From: Malacoraja senta
Lineage: Eukaryota
Assembly (NCBI GenBank): GCA_038087875.1
Contig: CM075989.1
Location: forward strand, 12,092,001-12,156,000
DNA: 64,000 bases
Reading direction: 5' to 3'
The notes under the pieces: model-generated
The model's input: the letters and a program-made list of their open reading frames with translations, nothing else
Databases searched by the model: none
Told to the model about the DNA's origin: nothing
Shown here: piece after piece, positions 25,599 through 38,304 of the stretch
Numbering within the stretch: position 1 is the stretch's first letter
Layout of the letters: every line of letters starts with the position of its first letter
Translations under genes and position numbers: made by a program

Positions 25599-26799
25599 TA
25601 AATAAAAATGTGGTGCGGCAATAACTAGCAGTGCTAAGTGGTGGCCAGCACTATCCTATGGCTGACTCTGTACCAATCCCACTTTCCCTCTCAATCTGTA
25701 CACGTCCTGGGAAAGGAATGCTGATCAGCCTCTCAGTGCTATTTTGAATAGAAACAGGTATCTTCAATGTTCAATAAAAGAGAACATGGTCCACACGTTT
25801 CAATCCTTCACCGCCGACCATGTGAAACTCTCGGTACTTCTCCAACATATGCACTGTTGTAACTTTTCTGGAGCAGTTTGATACCTCGCACTGTTACAGT
25901 GAATGTACTGAGCAAAAATCCCACCCATTGAATTCTATGGATATGCTGATGAATGCATAAAGTAATCAAAATTCATGTTATTTATTGTCATTGTGTTATT
26001 TGCATAACCATCAGACACATCCAGGTCTTGTCAGCCTAATTACTCACAAATTCTGCTCACTGCTTGCATCTGACCTCCAGAAATAGAAATAGATGAAGCA
26101 ATAACCATGGTGATCTTTGGCTGTCAGCTCAGAATAAGAACACATCGAAGTCATGCGAAATGGAGCACATCCTAGATTTTCAATTTATTAAAAAGGAAAA
26201 TAAAATGAGATTGAACATGGAAACTGTTTCCCATTGATTAGCCTTCATTATATTTGGCTTTCATAGTCATGGTAACATAAGCAAGTTCAATTCCACCTCC
26301 ACAACCACATAATAAACAAATGCACCTTTACCTTTCACTCAGTCTCAGCCAGTATCTGACAACTGACAAACCAGAGCAACAACAATAACTTGCAATTGTG
26401 TAGAACATTTGGTGCAATGCAACATTCCACACATGTCACCCAAATGTCAGAAGCAATCTTACGATAAGTAAAATGGAACTTAAAGTAAGTAAGTAAGTAA
26501 AATTTATTTATATAGCACATTTTCCAATTGATTTGAATCAAAAGCCAAAGTGCTTTACAGTTAACTAACCATACAAATAATAAAAAGAGGGAGAAAAAAT
26601 GACACAACACACTATAAGAGATATTACACAAACACGAACATCCCCCCACAGTAGAATCTCCACTCTCCACTGTGAGGGAAGGCACCAAAATGTCGCTCTA
26701 AAGGGTCGCTCTTAAAGAAGCAATAGATGGAATCATAGGATTATTATGGAACAAAAGGTGACCATGCAACCCACAAAATCCATGTTGACCATGTGCAGG

Positions 26800-27419
26800 G
26801 TTATCGTCATACGGCACAGAAAAAGGCCCTTCAGCACATCTCACATGCTGACCGAGATGCCTCATCTAAGCTCATCCCGTACATCCCCATTTGACTCAAA
26901 TCCCTCTAAACCTTTCCTATCCATGTCCTGTCCAATTGTCTTTTAAATGTTGTTATTGTACCTGCCTCAACTATTTTGTCTGGCAGCTCCATATTCCCAC
27001 TACACTATGTGTGAAAACATTGTCTGTCAGGTTCTTTCCACTCTCATCTTAAACCTATGCCATCTAGCTTTTGATTCGCCTACTCTGGGGGAAAAAGATT
27101 CACATTCATCCAGTCAATTCCCCTAATGATTTTATACACCTCTATATCCCTAAGCCTCCTGAGCTCCAAGGAATAAAGTCTGGCCTGCTCAATCTCTCAC
27201 TATTGTTCAGGTCCTCGAGTCCTGGTAACATCCTTGTGAATATTCTCTGTGCCCTTTCCAGTTCAATGGCATCTTCCCTATACTAGGGTGACCCAAACTG
27301 AACACAATATTCCAAGTACACCTAACAAACATCTTGTACAGTTGTAACATTAACGTGACAACTTCTATAGTCAATTTCTCGACTGATGAAGGCCAATGTG
27401 CCAAAAGCCTTCATCACCT
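26800..27419 (-). mobile_element. Older CR1 3' part (host of a young CR1; resumes at 29898-29927)
   Basis: LMLQLYKMFVR... The motif GCCTTCATCACC/TCCCTATATACCTGTGACGCCACTTT is split by the insertion. Confidence 0.75.
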
Positions 27420-29897
27420 ATAGATTGGGTGAGTCAAATTGGCAGGGGTGCTGAGGAAGAGGATTTCTTGGAATGTATGCGGGATAGTTATCTAAATCAA
27501 CATGTAGAGGAACCAACGAGAGAGCAGGCTATTTTAGACTGGGTATTGAGTAATGAGGAAGGGTTAGTTAGCAGTCTTGTTGTACGTGCCCCCTTGGGCA
27601 AGAGTGACCATAATATGGTTGAGTTCTTCATTAGGATGTAGAGTGACATTGTTAATTCAGAAACAATGGTTCTGAACTTAAAGAAAGGTAACTTTGAGGG
27701 TATGAGACATGAATTGGCCATGATTGACTGGCAATTAATTCTAAAAGGGTTGACGGTGGACATGCAATGGAAGACATTTAAAGACTGCATGGATGAACTA
27801 CAAAAATTGTTCATCCCAGTTTGGCAAAAGAATAAACCAGGGAAGGTAGTGCATCCGTGGATAACAAGGGAAATTAGGGATGGTATCAAAGCGAAAGATG
27901 ATGCGTACAAATTAGCCAGAAAAAGCAGCATACCAGAGGACTGGGAGAAATTCAGAGACCAGCAGAGGAGGACAAAGGGCTTAATTAGGAAAGGAAAAAT
28001 AGATTATGAAAGAAAACTGGCAGGGAACATAAAAACTGACTGCAAAAGTTTTTATAAATATGTAAAAAGAAAGAGATTAGTTAAAACAAATGTAGGTCCC
28101 TTGCAGTCAGAAACAGGTGAGTTGATCATGGGGAACAAGGATATGGCGGACCAATTGAATAACTACTTTGGTTCCGTCTTCACTAAGGAAGACATAAATA
28201 ATCTGCCGGAAATAGCAGGGGACCGCGGGTCAACGGAGTTGGAGGAATTGAGTGAAATCCAGGTTAGTCGGGAAGTGGTTTTGGGTAAATTGAATGGATT
28301 AAAGGCCGATAAATCCCCAGGGCCAGATAGGCTGCATCCCAGAGTACTTAAGGAAGTAGCTCCAGAAATAGTGGATGCATTAGTAATAATCTTTCAAAAT
28401 TCTTTAGATTCTGGAGTAGTTCCTGAGGATTGGCGGGTAGCAAACGTAACCCCACTTTTTAAGAAGGGAGGGAGAGAGAAAACGGGGAATTACAGACCAG
28501 TTAGTCTAACATCGGTAGTGGGGAAACTGCTAGAGTCAGTTATTAAAGATGGGATAGCAGCACATTTGGAAAGTGGTGAAATCATTGGACAAAGTCAGCA
28601 TGGATTTACGAAAGGTAAATCATGTCTGACGAATCTTATAGAATTTTTCGAGGATGTAACTAGTAGCGTGGATAGGGGAGAACCAGTGGATGTGGTGTAT
28701 CTGGACTTCCAGAAGGCTTTCGACAAGGTCCCACATAAGAGATTAGTATACAAACTTAAAGCACATGGCATTGGGGGTTCAGTATTGATGTGGATAGAGA
28801 ACTGGCTGGCAAACAGGAAGCAAAGAGTAGGAGTAAACGGGTCCTTTTCACAATGGCAGGCAGTGACTAGTGGGGTACCGCAAGGCTCAGTGCTGGGACC
28901 CCAGCTATTTACAATATATATTAATGACCTGGATGAGGGAATTGAAGGCAATATCTCCAAGTTTGCGGATGACACTAAGCTGGGGGGCAGTGTTAGCTGT
29001 GAGGAGGATGCTAGGAGACTGCAAGGTGACTTGGATAGGCTGGGTGAGTGGGCAAATGTTTGGCAGATGCAGTATAATGTGGATAAATGTGAGGTTATCC
29101 ATTTTGGTGGCAAAAACAGGAAAGCAGACTATTTTCTAAATGGTGGCCGACTAGGAAAAGGGGAGATGCAGCGAGACCTGGGTGTCATGGTACACCAGTC
29201 ATTGAAAGTAGGCATGCAGGTGCAGCAGGCAGTGAAGAAAGCGAATGGTATGTTAGCTTTCATAGCAAAAGGATTTGAGTATAGGAGCAGGGAGGTTCTA
29301 CTGCAGTTGTACAGGGTCTTGGTGAGACCACACCTGGAGTATTGCGTACAGTTTTGGTCTCCAAATCTGAGGAAGGACATTATTGCCATAGAGGGAGTGC
29401 AGAGAAGGTTCACCAGACTGATTCCTGGGATGTCAGGACTGTCTTATGAAGAAAGACTGGATAGACTTGGTTTATACTCTCTAGAATTTAGGAGATTGAG
29501 AGGGGATCTTATAGAAACTTACAAAATTCTTAAGGGGTTGGACAGGCTAGATGCAGGAAGATTGCTCCCGATGTTGGGGAAGTCCAGGACAAGGGGTCAC
29601 AGCTTAAGGATAAGGGGGAAATCCTTTAAAACCGAGATGAGAAGAACTTTTTTCACACAGAGAGTGGTGAATCTCTGGAACTCTCTGCCACAGAGGGTAG
29701 TCAAGGCCAGTTCATTGGCTATATTTAAGAGGGAGCTAGATGTGGCCCTTGTGGCTAAAGGGATCAGAGGGTATGGAGAGAAGGCAGGTACAGGATACTG
29801 AGTTGGATGATCAGCCATGATCATATTGAATGGCGGTGCAGGCTCGAAGGGCCGAATGGCCTACTCCTGCACCTAATTTCTATGTTTCTATGTTTCT
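27420..29897 (+). mobile_element. Young 5'-truncated CR1 with open RT and C-terminal frame (27666-29801, 711 aa)
   Basis: All RT motifs are in one frame. Complete 3' UTR with (TTTCTATG)n tail. ACCT is duplicated at 27416-27419 and 29898-29901. One stop in the residual endonuclease. Confidence 0.97.
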
Positions 29898-30479
29898 ACC
29901 TCCCTATATACCTGTGACGCCACTTTTGATTCCTGTTTTGCTGGCCCAGATAAATAAGTAATCCCATTCCTTCTCTATTTCTCCACCATCCTGAAAATGT
30001 TGTACCCTCAAGTATCTCAGTTTCCTTTTGAAAGATTGATCTGTTTGTTAAACCCACCAGTCACATCCAGAGGCAGTGGCTCTATTGCTTGTGTAACAAA
30101 TGCTTTGTCCTCATTCCCTTCCTAAATATTTTGCCCATTGCTTTAAATCTATGCTGTGGTCTTTGAACATCTGCTAATGGGACTTTCCTTTGACTTTCAT
30201 CGCCTCAATCTATCTTGATCACCTCAAGCAAACATCCTCTCAACAACTCAAGATGAACATGGAGAATGTTGGAAATACTCAGCAGTTCATGTAGTATTTG
30301 TGGAGAAAGAAAAACAGAGCTAATGTTTCAAGTCAATGATGGTCCATAGAACAATAATGTCCTTGGCATAAAACATTAATCTGTTTTTCATTCCAGGGAT
30401 GCTGGCTAACTTGCTGAAAATTGACAGCAATTTCTTATTTGACATCAGACGATCAGCATCTGTACTACTTTGTATTTAG

Positions 30480-31119
30480 AAAAAAACTCCAGGTTTTCCA
30501 GTTTCATCTTGGACCTGATATTCCTCATCCTTGAATCATTCCAGTAAATATGTCTGCACCCTCTCTAGATCCTTCATACCCCACTTAAAGTCTGGTGAGG
30601 AAAATAGGATGTAACTGTTCAGCTGTGGCCTAACCAGAATTTTGAACAGGTTCAAGATAATCTCCCTAAAATTGCCATTGTTTATGAATCTCACAATCTC
30701 GAATATTTTGTTAATTGTTCTTTCGACAGGTCATACTACTTTCAAAGACTTTTGAAAGTACAGACGGATTACCTTCTGTTTCAGCATATCTTTTAAACTC
30801 ACATTTACATTATATTGCCCCATCTCAATTATTTTCCCTAACTTATATTATTTCAAGCCTCCCTGCATTAAACGTTATCTGTAAACTGGCTGCTCATTCT
30901 GTCTTCTTGCAGTTACTGCCCTAAATCTTTGCAACGCATCACAATTTAGTATCAACTGAACATTTTGAAATTTTGATCATGTGCATATCCATGTCATTAA
31001 CATTTATCAAATAAGCAGTGGTTCCTGCACTGACCTCTGGTGAACACACGTGACCCTCATTTTTAAGTCTAAAAAATAACCGTTTATCACTACTATCTTC
31101 TGCTGATAAGCTAACCCTT
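30480..31119 (-). mobile_element. Old CR1 fragment
   Basis: GTGGCCTAACCAG and GCAGTGGTTCCTGCACTGACCTCTGG (complement of the PQGSVLGP region). Confidence 0.55.
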
Positions 31120-31123
31120 TATG

Positions 31124-31617
31124 TGTAAATTGCTCGTTTCTAAGCTTCCCCCCAGTCTCGTTTCAGTAAAAACACTGAATCAAGCACTTGAAACAACTAC
31201 ATTTTATTTTAACAAAAGCGCATTACAGTTCAACTACTGTACCTATCCCACCACGGGTTCGATCCTCATATCTGCCTGTTCAAGCCCTCTAGGCCTCGCT
31301 CAGACAGAGACACTCCAGAAGCTCACGCAGTCCCAAGCGCTCTCCCAGAAGATTGACCCTGGACCTTGTGGTAGTGGACTTTTATATTTCTCAGCCATCC
31401 AATCCATTCTATGCATTTTGCACCTAATTGACAGGGTCTGCAGATGTTCTTATTCTTTGGTTGCCAATTGTATCTAGGCTCTAGACACACTGGCACCACT
31501 CCGCAGCTTGTGCCAGCTCTGCAGAGAGCAATTCCAAATTGACCAAATCTCCCAGCAGCCCTGAAGCTTTTACCCCATGTTGAAGTCCTAGCCTCTCCAA
31601 TTTTGCCAGGATTAACA
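31124..31617 (-). repeat. ERV 3' LTR (494 bp, U3-deleted)
   Basis: Colinear with the 5' LTR except ~270 bp is missing at ~31390; adjacent to the PPT. Confidence 0.93.
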
Positions 31618-31630
31618 TTCCTTCCTTTTT
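31618..31630 (-). other. Polypurine tract
   Basis: AAAAAGGAAGGAA immediately before the 3' LTR. Confidence 0.9.
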
Positions 31631-33152
31631 ATCATATATGATAACCCATCCTTTATGATAACCAAATAGTTCAATAATCAGCTAACCAGATATACATAAG
31701 TTTGCTTTACATTTCCCATCTATCAGCAACACAAGATGATGATGTTTATTCCCAGAATCTTGTCAAGCGTCCCGAGTTTTCATGGGCATAATTTCACAAG
31801 TTCCGTCTGAGGAGTCTTCACCTCCCGAGTTTTCATGGGCGTGAATTCCCTCCATCCGTGTTGCTGCCCCAGTCTTCCATCACCTTCCACAGTCGAACTT
31901 AAAACCTAAAAATTCTGAAAAACTTGGGACAAAGCAAGTTACCATCATGCACTCATGCTTCCCCATACATTCTCTATAGTTCTGCAATACTGTCCCTATT
32001 CAAACCTATTATATTACCCTATCATTAGATCCCTATTCCTGTCTGTTCCCTAATATACCCTTTATTATTCTAGTATCGACACTAATCAGCCTTCTTCATA
32101 CTCACATGATGTTATAATATGTATATCTGATGACGGGTAATCATATAAATTTCAACTGGGTCCAGTCCAGATTTCCCTACAGGCGTGACTAATTTAAAGC
32201 AGACCATGATAAATGTTCCAAGTTAACCATGAGATGAGATAATAACAATGTCAGTTAATAATCAAACTCCAATTATTCCTAAGCCAAATTCCACAAGTCT
32301 ATTCTAAATCTCAACATTTTTAAAGTCATCATACAATTTCGAGACTGAATCCAAAATGTATAAATTTATTTCTAATAACCAGAATTTAGATGCAAATTAG
32401 GTATTTTACCCCAAACCACAGAGGAATGTTTTTTATTTGAAGTCAGTCCTTTGAAGTGGGGCTTGTCCCAAAAGTCGTCATAGGTCGTCGGTGTTGTTTC
32501 TTTCAAAGATGATTAAAGTGTCCTTTACTCTCCTTCCTTTTCTTTCTCCAATAGCTAGGTGATATTAAAGTTGGGCACTGGGGTACGTCTTCTTCTTCTT
32601 CTTCTTCTTCTCCGATGGTAGTTTCAATTACAAGGGAGTAGGGATACTGAGGAGCAAATTGCTCTGCCTGCTGGCCTTCCCAAATCTCTTAAAGGGGCAG
32701 GACAGTATCAGTTCCTCCTGCTGGTCACCTGTTTCTAGGGAGCTACATTACCTTTTGCTGTCTTCTTCCCGTTCTTAAGGGGTCTGTGCATTCTTTTACC
32801 TCACTCCCCAGGTAGCGTCTCGTTGATATACTGTCCTGCAGGCACAAACTCAGTAACACATTAATATAATATCTTCTTTCCCCACTCCCGTTCCTCCTGC
32901 ACAGTAAGTTTGTTTCTTCTCTCCTTAGTGCCATTTCCATTCCTTAGTTGCCCATCCTTTCTCATGCTAGCTACCAAGTTTCCCTGTCGTGCTTCTTCCT
33001 TTCAGTGAGGGTTTCTTGAGAAGTGGATTCTATGTATCTCCTCCTACTTGGAAGGGGTGGTGTTCTTTCTGATGTATAGTGCTGTTTCTCAGGCCATGTG
33101 AGGACGCCTTTAATCTTAATAGATGGTATTGCTGTTAACTGGCAGGTTAGGG

Positions 33153-34604
33153 CTACCGAAATGGGTTGGATTGTCAAAATGTCCCTGGCCCCTGATCTTC
33201 CTGCCAGTGTCCTCGTCCTCTACCTTTGGGGTCCCAAGAGTCTCGGTACCCTCTTGGAATCCATCGGTTTCTGTAACCCCGTGGCCTCCTTCTCTGCCCC
33301 CTTCCTTCTTGATAATATTCTCTCATAGGACACGACTGACTCCAGTGTCCCAATCCCCCACAGCTGAAACACTGATCAGGCCGGCTCTATAGCCTCTCCA
33401 GCCAAACCGAGGAAAGGTTGGTTCTCTGAATGGGAGGTCTATCCAGGCCTTGAGGTCTTCTTCCTCCTTATCCTCTTCTGTTCTCATTTCTTTTATTTGA
33501 ACCTTTAATTTCCGAGCTGCGTTGAACCAGGCTGCCTTAAGGTCTGATTGTCTGTGGTCTGGGGGACATCTATACCTAATCCGGGCATCTCCCTACAAAC
33601 ATATTGTCTACGAGGAGTCCGTTCTAAATTCCCTTCATCGGTGAATTGCTCTGACATAATGATATTATCCATGTCAGGATCAATCCATCCATATTCCCCT
33701 CCGATCTCACCCTCTGAAAGGCTATTTGCTCTATCCCGTTACTTCAAGAAGGAGTCCTTCATCCTCCCGCTACTGGAGATCCTAATTAATTTTGGCACCC
33801 ATGTCGATGGAATCTTCCTTCTAGCTCTTGATTTCCCCTACTGTCCTCCGCTTGTGGGGCAATCATAGGAGATAGAGGATCTCTCCCCGATGTCTCTAAT
33901 TCAGATTTAAATTTAGGGGGAGAAGCCAAAGATAACGCCGACTCATCCTGTGTGCCCTGCTCACACGCTGCGCATGGTTTCTCCGAATTGGGAACATGAG
34001 AGTTCTGTGAGGAATACTGTGGCTCTAGCTCCAATCCGAAGAATTATGCACACCCTGGCATATAATAAATATCTCTCCCCTCAAGATATGCAGTCCCTGT
34101 TTCACTCTTACCAAATTTAACCGATTTAGTTTTCGTCGGCACCTCCCCTTTAAGAGCCGTCTCAGTAGCCTCCCTTTCAAAAGATGACACTCTCTCCTGC
34201 TCCTGCTGTTGGCTTACTAGTTCTCCCTGTCCCCGCCCTGGAATGTCCCGAGAAGGATCAGTTCTATCGTGTTCTCCTATTCCCAATTTATAAGCCGCCA
34301 TTCTTAGGGTGGACAGCAAAACAATTTATTTCTTTATTTTTCTTTTAGTGAAGAACATTCTCCACATCCCAATTAACTAATTTCCTTCTTCACTATTCCC
34401 ATATTTTTAAACGATCGTTACTATATAGTTTATTCCTATTACAGATTTTAGTCCACCCAACGGCCAACGTTTGTCTTTCAAAATTGCGTTTAATTTGCTA
34501 GATAATCCTCTTAGTCTATCCACTTCATGCAGAAGCTCCCTGCAAATTATCCTTATCGGGCTTTCTAATCTGTTTGATCGGTCCTTCTCAGTGACATTCC
34601 CCAT
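33153..34604 (-). pseudogene. gag: Decayed gag-like ORF
   Basis: Starts agaATGG, MGNVTEKD (Gly2), and includes a WPLGG motif. CCHC knuckle CFSCGGLGHWSQSC at 33330-33371, then an RG-rich tail ending F*QSNPFR*. Multiple stops and frameshifts. Confidence 0.8.
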
Positions 34605-36595
34605 TCTCGGAACAATGGTCAAAACACAAATTGCAAAATAAAGGTTCCAGACACTAACACCTCTTTCAATCACTCCTTCCTCTCAGACTCCAAGGTCAAT
34701 GGAATCTCTCCCACACAATGGTCAGCGGTCTTTCCGATTCACACTTACACTAGCAATCGCTCCCTTCCAACTGTCTCCCAGTCACTCCTATTCAATCACT
34801 CCTATTCAATTATTCAAACCACTCGCTCCTTTTCAGTCAAACAAAGGATCTCCAAGTCTCTCACGCAGCAATCTCTCTCTCACTCAATCCACTTTAAGTT
34901 TGCACACACAGACAAATCCAAACCAAGCTAACAAAACTATAATTAAGAACGAAAATATTCCCCCGATTATCAATAACCCAAAACACACCCCAATATAAAC
35001 TATAAGCATCCAGTAAACCCCACTCTAATTAATCTTCCTCATGATGCAATCAATCAGCGGGATGACTCCTCCCCCGACGCAGCGATCGAAGGAGTACAAC
35101 CCCTGATCAAACCACCCCGATTCAGATTCTTATAAAACGATCTTAAACAATTACAAATATTTAACTCAAACACACTCTTACTTCAAGTTTCTAATCCGTA
35201 AACACTCGCACAAGCAGCAACACAAATGACAGTCCACGGACTTAACACGATCTAAATCTTAACTTTTAATTCTTAATATACTCTGTTTATTTACATACAT
35301 AGAATATTTACAAAATCCGGATCCTATGACAATACGAAAAGCTAGGTTTTCACAATTTACAAAATGATTTAAAGCACTAACGCACAGTTCACGAACACTC
35401 GATCTCGACGCCGCGTCACGCTGTTATCACGCAGTGAACCTCTCCCTCTGATACCGAAGATTTTCCCCTTCCTAGTTTACTCTTTGCTGAGGGACACTAC
35501 TCCTTAAATGACTACTTTTCCTCCCGAAAGTTACTATCCCTCTGCTAAGACTGGACTTCAAGAGGGGGACCTCTATCCCTCCTCTCTAAGTTCGACAGAA
35601 TTAGGGGTACCCTTCGCTATTCAGATTACTTTTCATCAAGTAAATCAGGTTCCCGTCTCTCAGGTACTCTTCGCTATCAGGTACTAGTCAACAATCGACC
35701 AGAGGGTTACTATTCACTGTTATCAACCGCTATTCGGAATCAATCACGGACATGCACCAACTCCTAAGTTCTATATACAGGACTTTGAATTCCACCTTAC
35801 TGGCAGAACTTCAATATGAAATTCAGTATTTGAAAATTTGGCTTTGCAAATATAGACTCAAACTCGAACTCCTAATTTTAGTGTGTATCTCTTCTACTAC
35901 GCAGGCTCTCGAATCAAACTAAAATTGCCCAGTTGAATTCTTGAAGGGACTGGAGTATTCAAGCCAATCTATACTCTGTCCATCCAAGCCCAGGACCTTT
36001 ACGAGGTTCTTCGTCCGTCACTTCAGGGAGAGACTCAGATACCTTCATGCAGACACTCCTCTCTGCTGGGCACCGAGGATCCAGCGCCTAGCTGCTTCGC
36101 CCTGTGAGTTATCGATGCCGTTTTTCAGAGGGCACCTTTTCAATTCGAGCTCCCGGCAAAGATCCGATCAAAGGTGAGACCTGTATTTTAATACCCCACC
36201 AATTTGGATACCAAGTCTAACCCTGGGCCACCCCTCGCCCGAAGAAGCACGTTTGGCTCTCGTTAAAGCAACTGCAGTCTGCCAACTATGACCAAAGTTT
36301 TGGGCCTCTAACCGAGGAAAGGAACTCTAACCCAACCCCAGCAGGGCCTCTAAACCCACCCTGGTTTTATGGGCCTCCAACCCAAAGGCGTGCTAACCAC
36401 TCTCCCGTGCTCGCTGGACTCTGTTCTAATGATCTCAATTAGACCCTTTCCCAAGCCCGCGAATGATCGATGTGCTCCGACTAACGAAGTGCCGAAAATC
36501 AATGTGAAAACCACACCGTGGGCCCGATTTCTGCACTCGCGATCGAAACAGATCAACACCCTTGATCGCAAACTTGTGTTTGGGGGTCTTTTGAA

Positions 36596-36613
36596 ATCCC
36601 GGACGAGCCCCCA
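36596..36613 (-). other. Primer binding site, tRNA-Pro
   Basis: TGGGGGCTCGTCCGGGAT, identical to the 18-nt MLV-type PBS-Pro, 1 nt from the LTR. Confidence 0.95.
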
Positions 36614-36614
36614 A

Positions 36615-37377
36615 TGTAAATGGCTCATTTCAAAGCTCCTCCCCAGTCTAGTTTCAGTAAAAACACAGAATCAGGCACTTGAAACAACTACATTTTATTT
36701 TAACAAAAGAGCATTACAGTTCAACTACTGTACCTATACCACCGCGGGTTCGATCCTCATATCTGCCTGTTCAAGCCCGCTAGGCCTCGCTCAGACAGAG
36801 ACACACCAGAAGCTCACGCAGTCCCAAGCGCTCTCCCAGAAGATCGACCCTGGACCTCGCGGTAGCGGACTTTTATATGTCCCGGGACCTTGAGGGGCCG
36901 AACCACAGGGAGGTGGTCTCTTAATAATCCAATTACAGATATCGATTAATCCCATACATAACAGACATTTCCCAAACCCAATAATACAGCAGCTCAATAC
37001 ATTGTATTCAAACTGGACTTCGCAAGGAAGCCAACTTAGAAACATTTACCCTGAACTGCAGGAAATCCAGACAAGGCTCAATACCTCATCCAATCAACAC
37101 CCGGCAAAGTTAAATTCTGCAACATTATTTACAAGGTGTATGTCTGGTTTGCAGCCATCCAATCTATTCTATGTATTTTGTACCTAATTGACAGGGTCTG
37201 CAGATGTTCTTATTCTTTGCTTGCAAATTGTATCTAGGCTCTAGACACACTGGCACCACTCTGCAACTTGTCCCAGCTCTGTAGAGAGCAATTCCAAATT
37301 GACCAAATCTCCCAGCAGCCCTGATGCTTTTACCCCATTTTGAAGTCCTAGCCTCTCCAATTTAGCCAGGATTAACA
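36615..37377 (-). repeat. ERV 5' LTR (763 bp)
   Basis: TATAAAAG (complement at ~36870-36877) and AATAAA (complement at ~36694-36699); adjacent to the PBS. Confidence 0.93.
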
Positions 37378-38304
37378 TATGGAGGTAGAAAAGTTTGTGT
37401 TCAGCAAATGGCAGAATCTTCAATTAATATCAGGGAGGAGAGGGAGGTTATGTGCAAAAGTCTACAATTGCTTGAGTGTAAACATTTTGAAGAGTTGTAA
37501 AGTTAGAAGAGGTCAAAGAGAAGGAAGTGATTTGAACACAAGGCTGAGAGTTTTAGAATTGCGATGTCACAAAATGAGTCCTAAGCACATGATATGAGAT
37601 GTTAGGTGAGAAGATTTTTTTGAGAGTTAAAAGTGGATCGGACATCCTGTTGCTGATTACTTTTCTGTTTAACTCTCTCCAATGTCAGGTGCAGCAATTT
37701 TTCTCTCAAATTTTACTTTAGACAGAATCGATCGCAATGGTGCGCTTTCACACATGATGCGCCTAAGTGGAGCTGGGTGCATAGTGCCACAGTGGTTCAG
37801 CACACTGAGTTTTATAGTAGGATTGTGCTCACGATGTCATCAGACAGGAATATGTTACTTGTTGGATTGCTAGTTAAATGACTCGTAGATAAAATGGTAG
37901 CTACTAGATGTGACGAAAATAGCAAAGACCTAGTCATGATCCAGCATTTTTTAAAACATTATTTTAACATCTGCACTCAGTGAGACTTCTGGGAGGCAAA
38001 ATATTTAAAACAGGAAGGAGCATTCACACACTGAGCATCCTGCTATGCATCATTGATTGCTCTGTGCACTTTTCCAAAGATTCCCATTCAACCCTTCTTT
38101 CTCTCTCACTGGGACTCACTATAACTATTTGCTAACCGTAAAGTGATAGCGTGAAATTTGTAATCACAATAGGATGAACCTGAAACCAGCATTTTGATTT
38201 CCACTGTGAACTGTGTAGCATTTAATTAAAGCTTTGAAGGGACAGCATGACACATAACAACACTTCTAGCAGTGACCTGATTGGTTCGAAGAGCTAAGGC
38301 AATA

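Larger units (their letters stand above)
31124..37377 (-). mobile_element. Endogenous retrovirus (class I-like), two LTRs, non-autonomous
   Basis: Two LTRs bounded TG...CA, 4-bp TSD TATG (31120-31123 and 37378-37381), tRNA-Pro PBS, PPT and decayed gag. Confidence 0.93.

Noticed and set aside
27666..29801. 711-aa RT ORF as a domesticated gene or autonomous LINE
   Set aside because: It is 5'-truncated, nearly identical to a neighbouring disrupted copy, and has a normal CR1 tail. It is simply young.
31121..31477. Paired similar ORFs (31121-31477 and 36369-36893) suggesting a duplicated gene
   Set aside because: They are antisense readings of the two LTRs.
31770..31840. SECIS or hammerhead reading of the AUGAAAAC hairpins
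   Set aside because: The AUGA-to-AAA spacing is wrong for SECIS, and there is no CUGANGA core.
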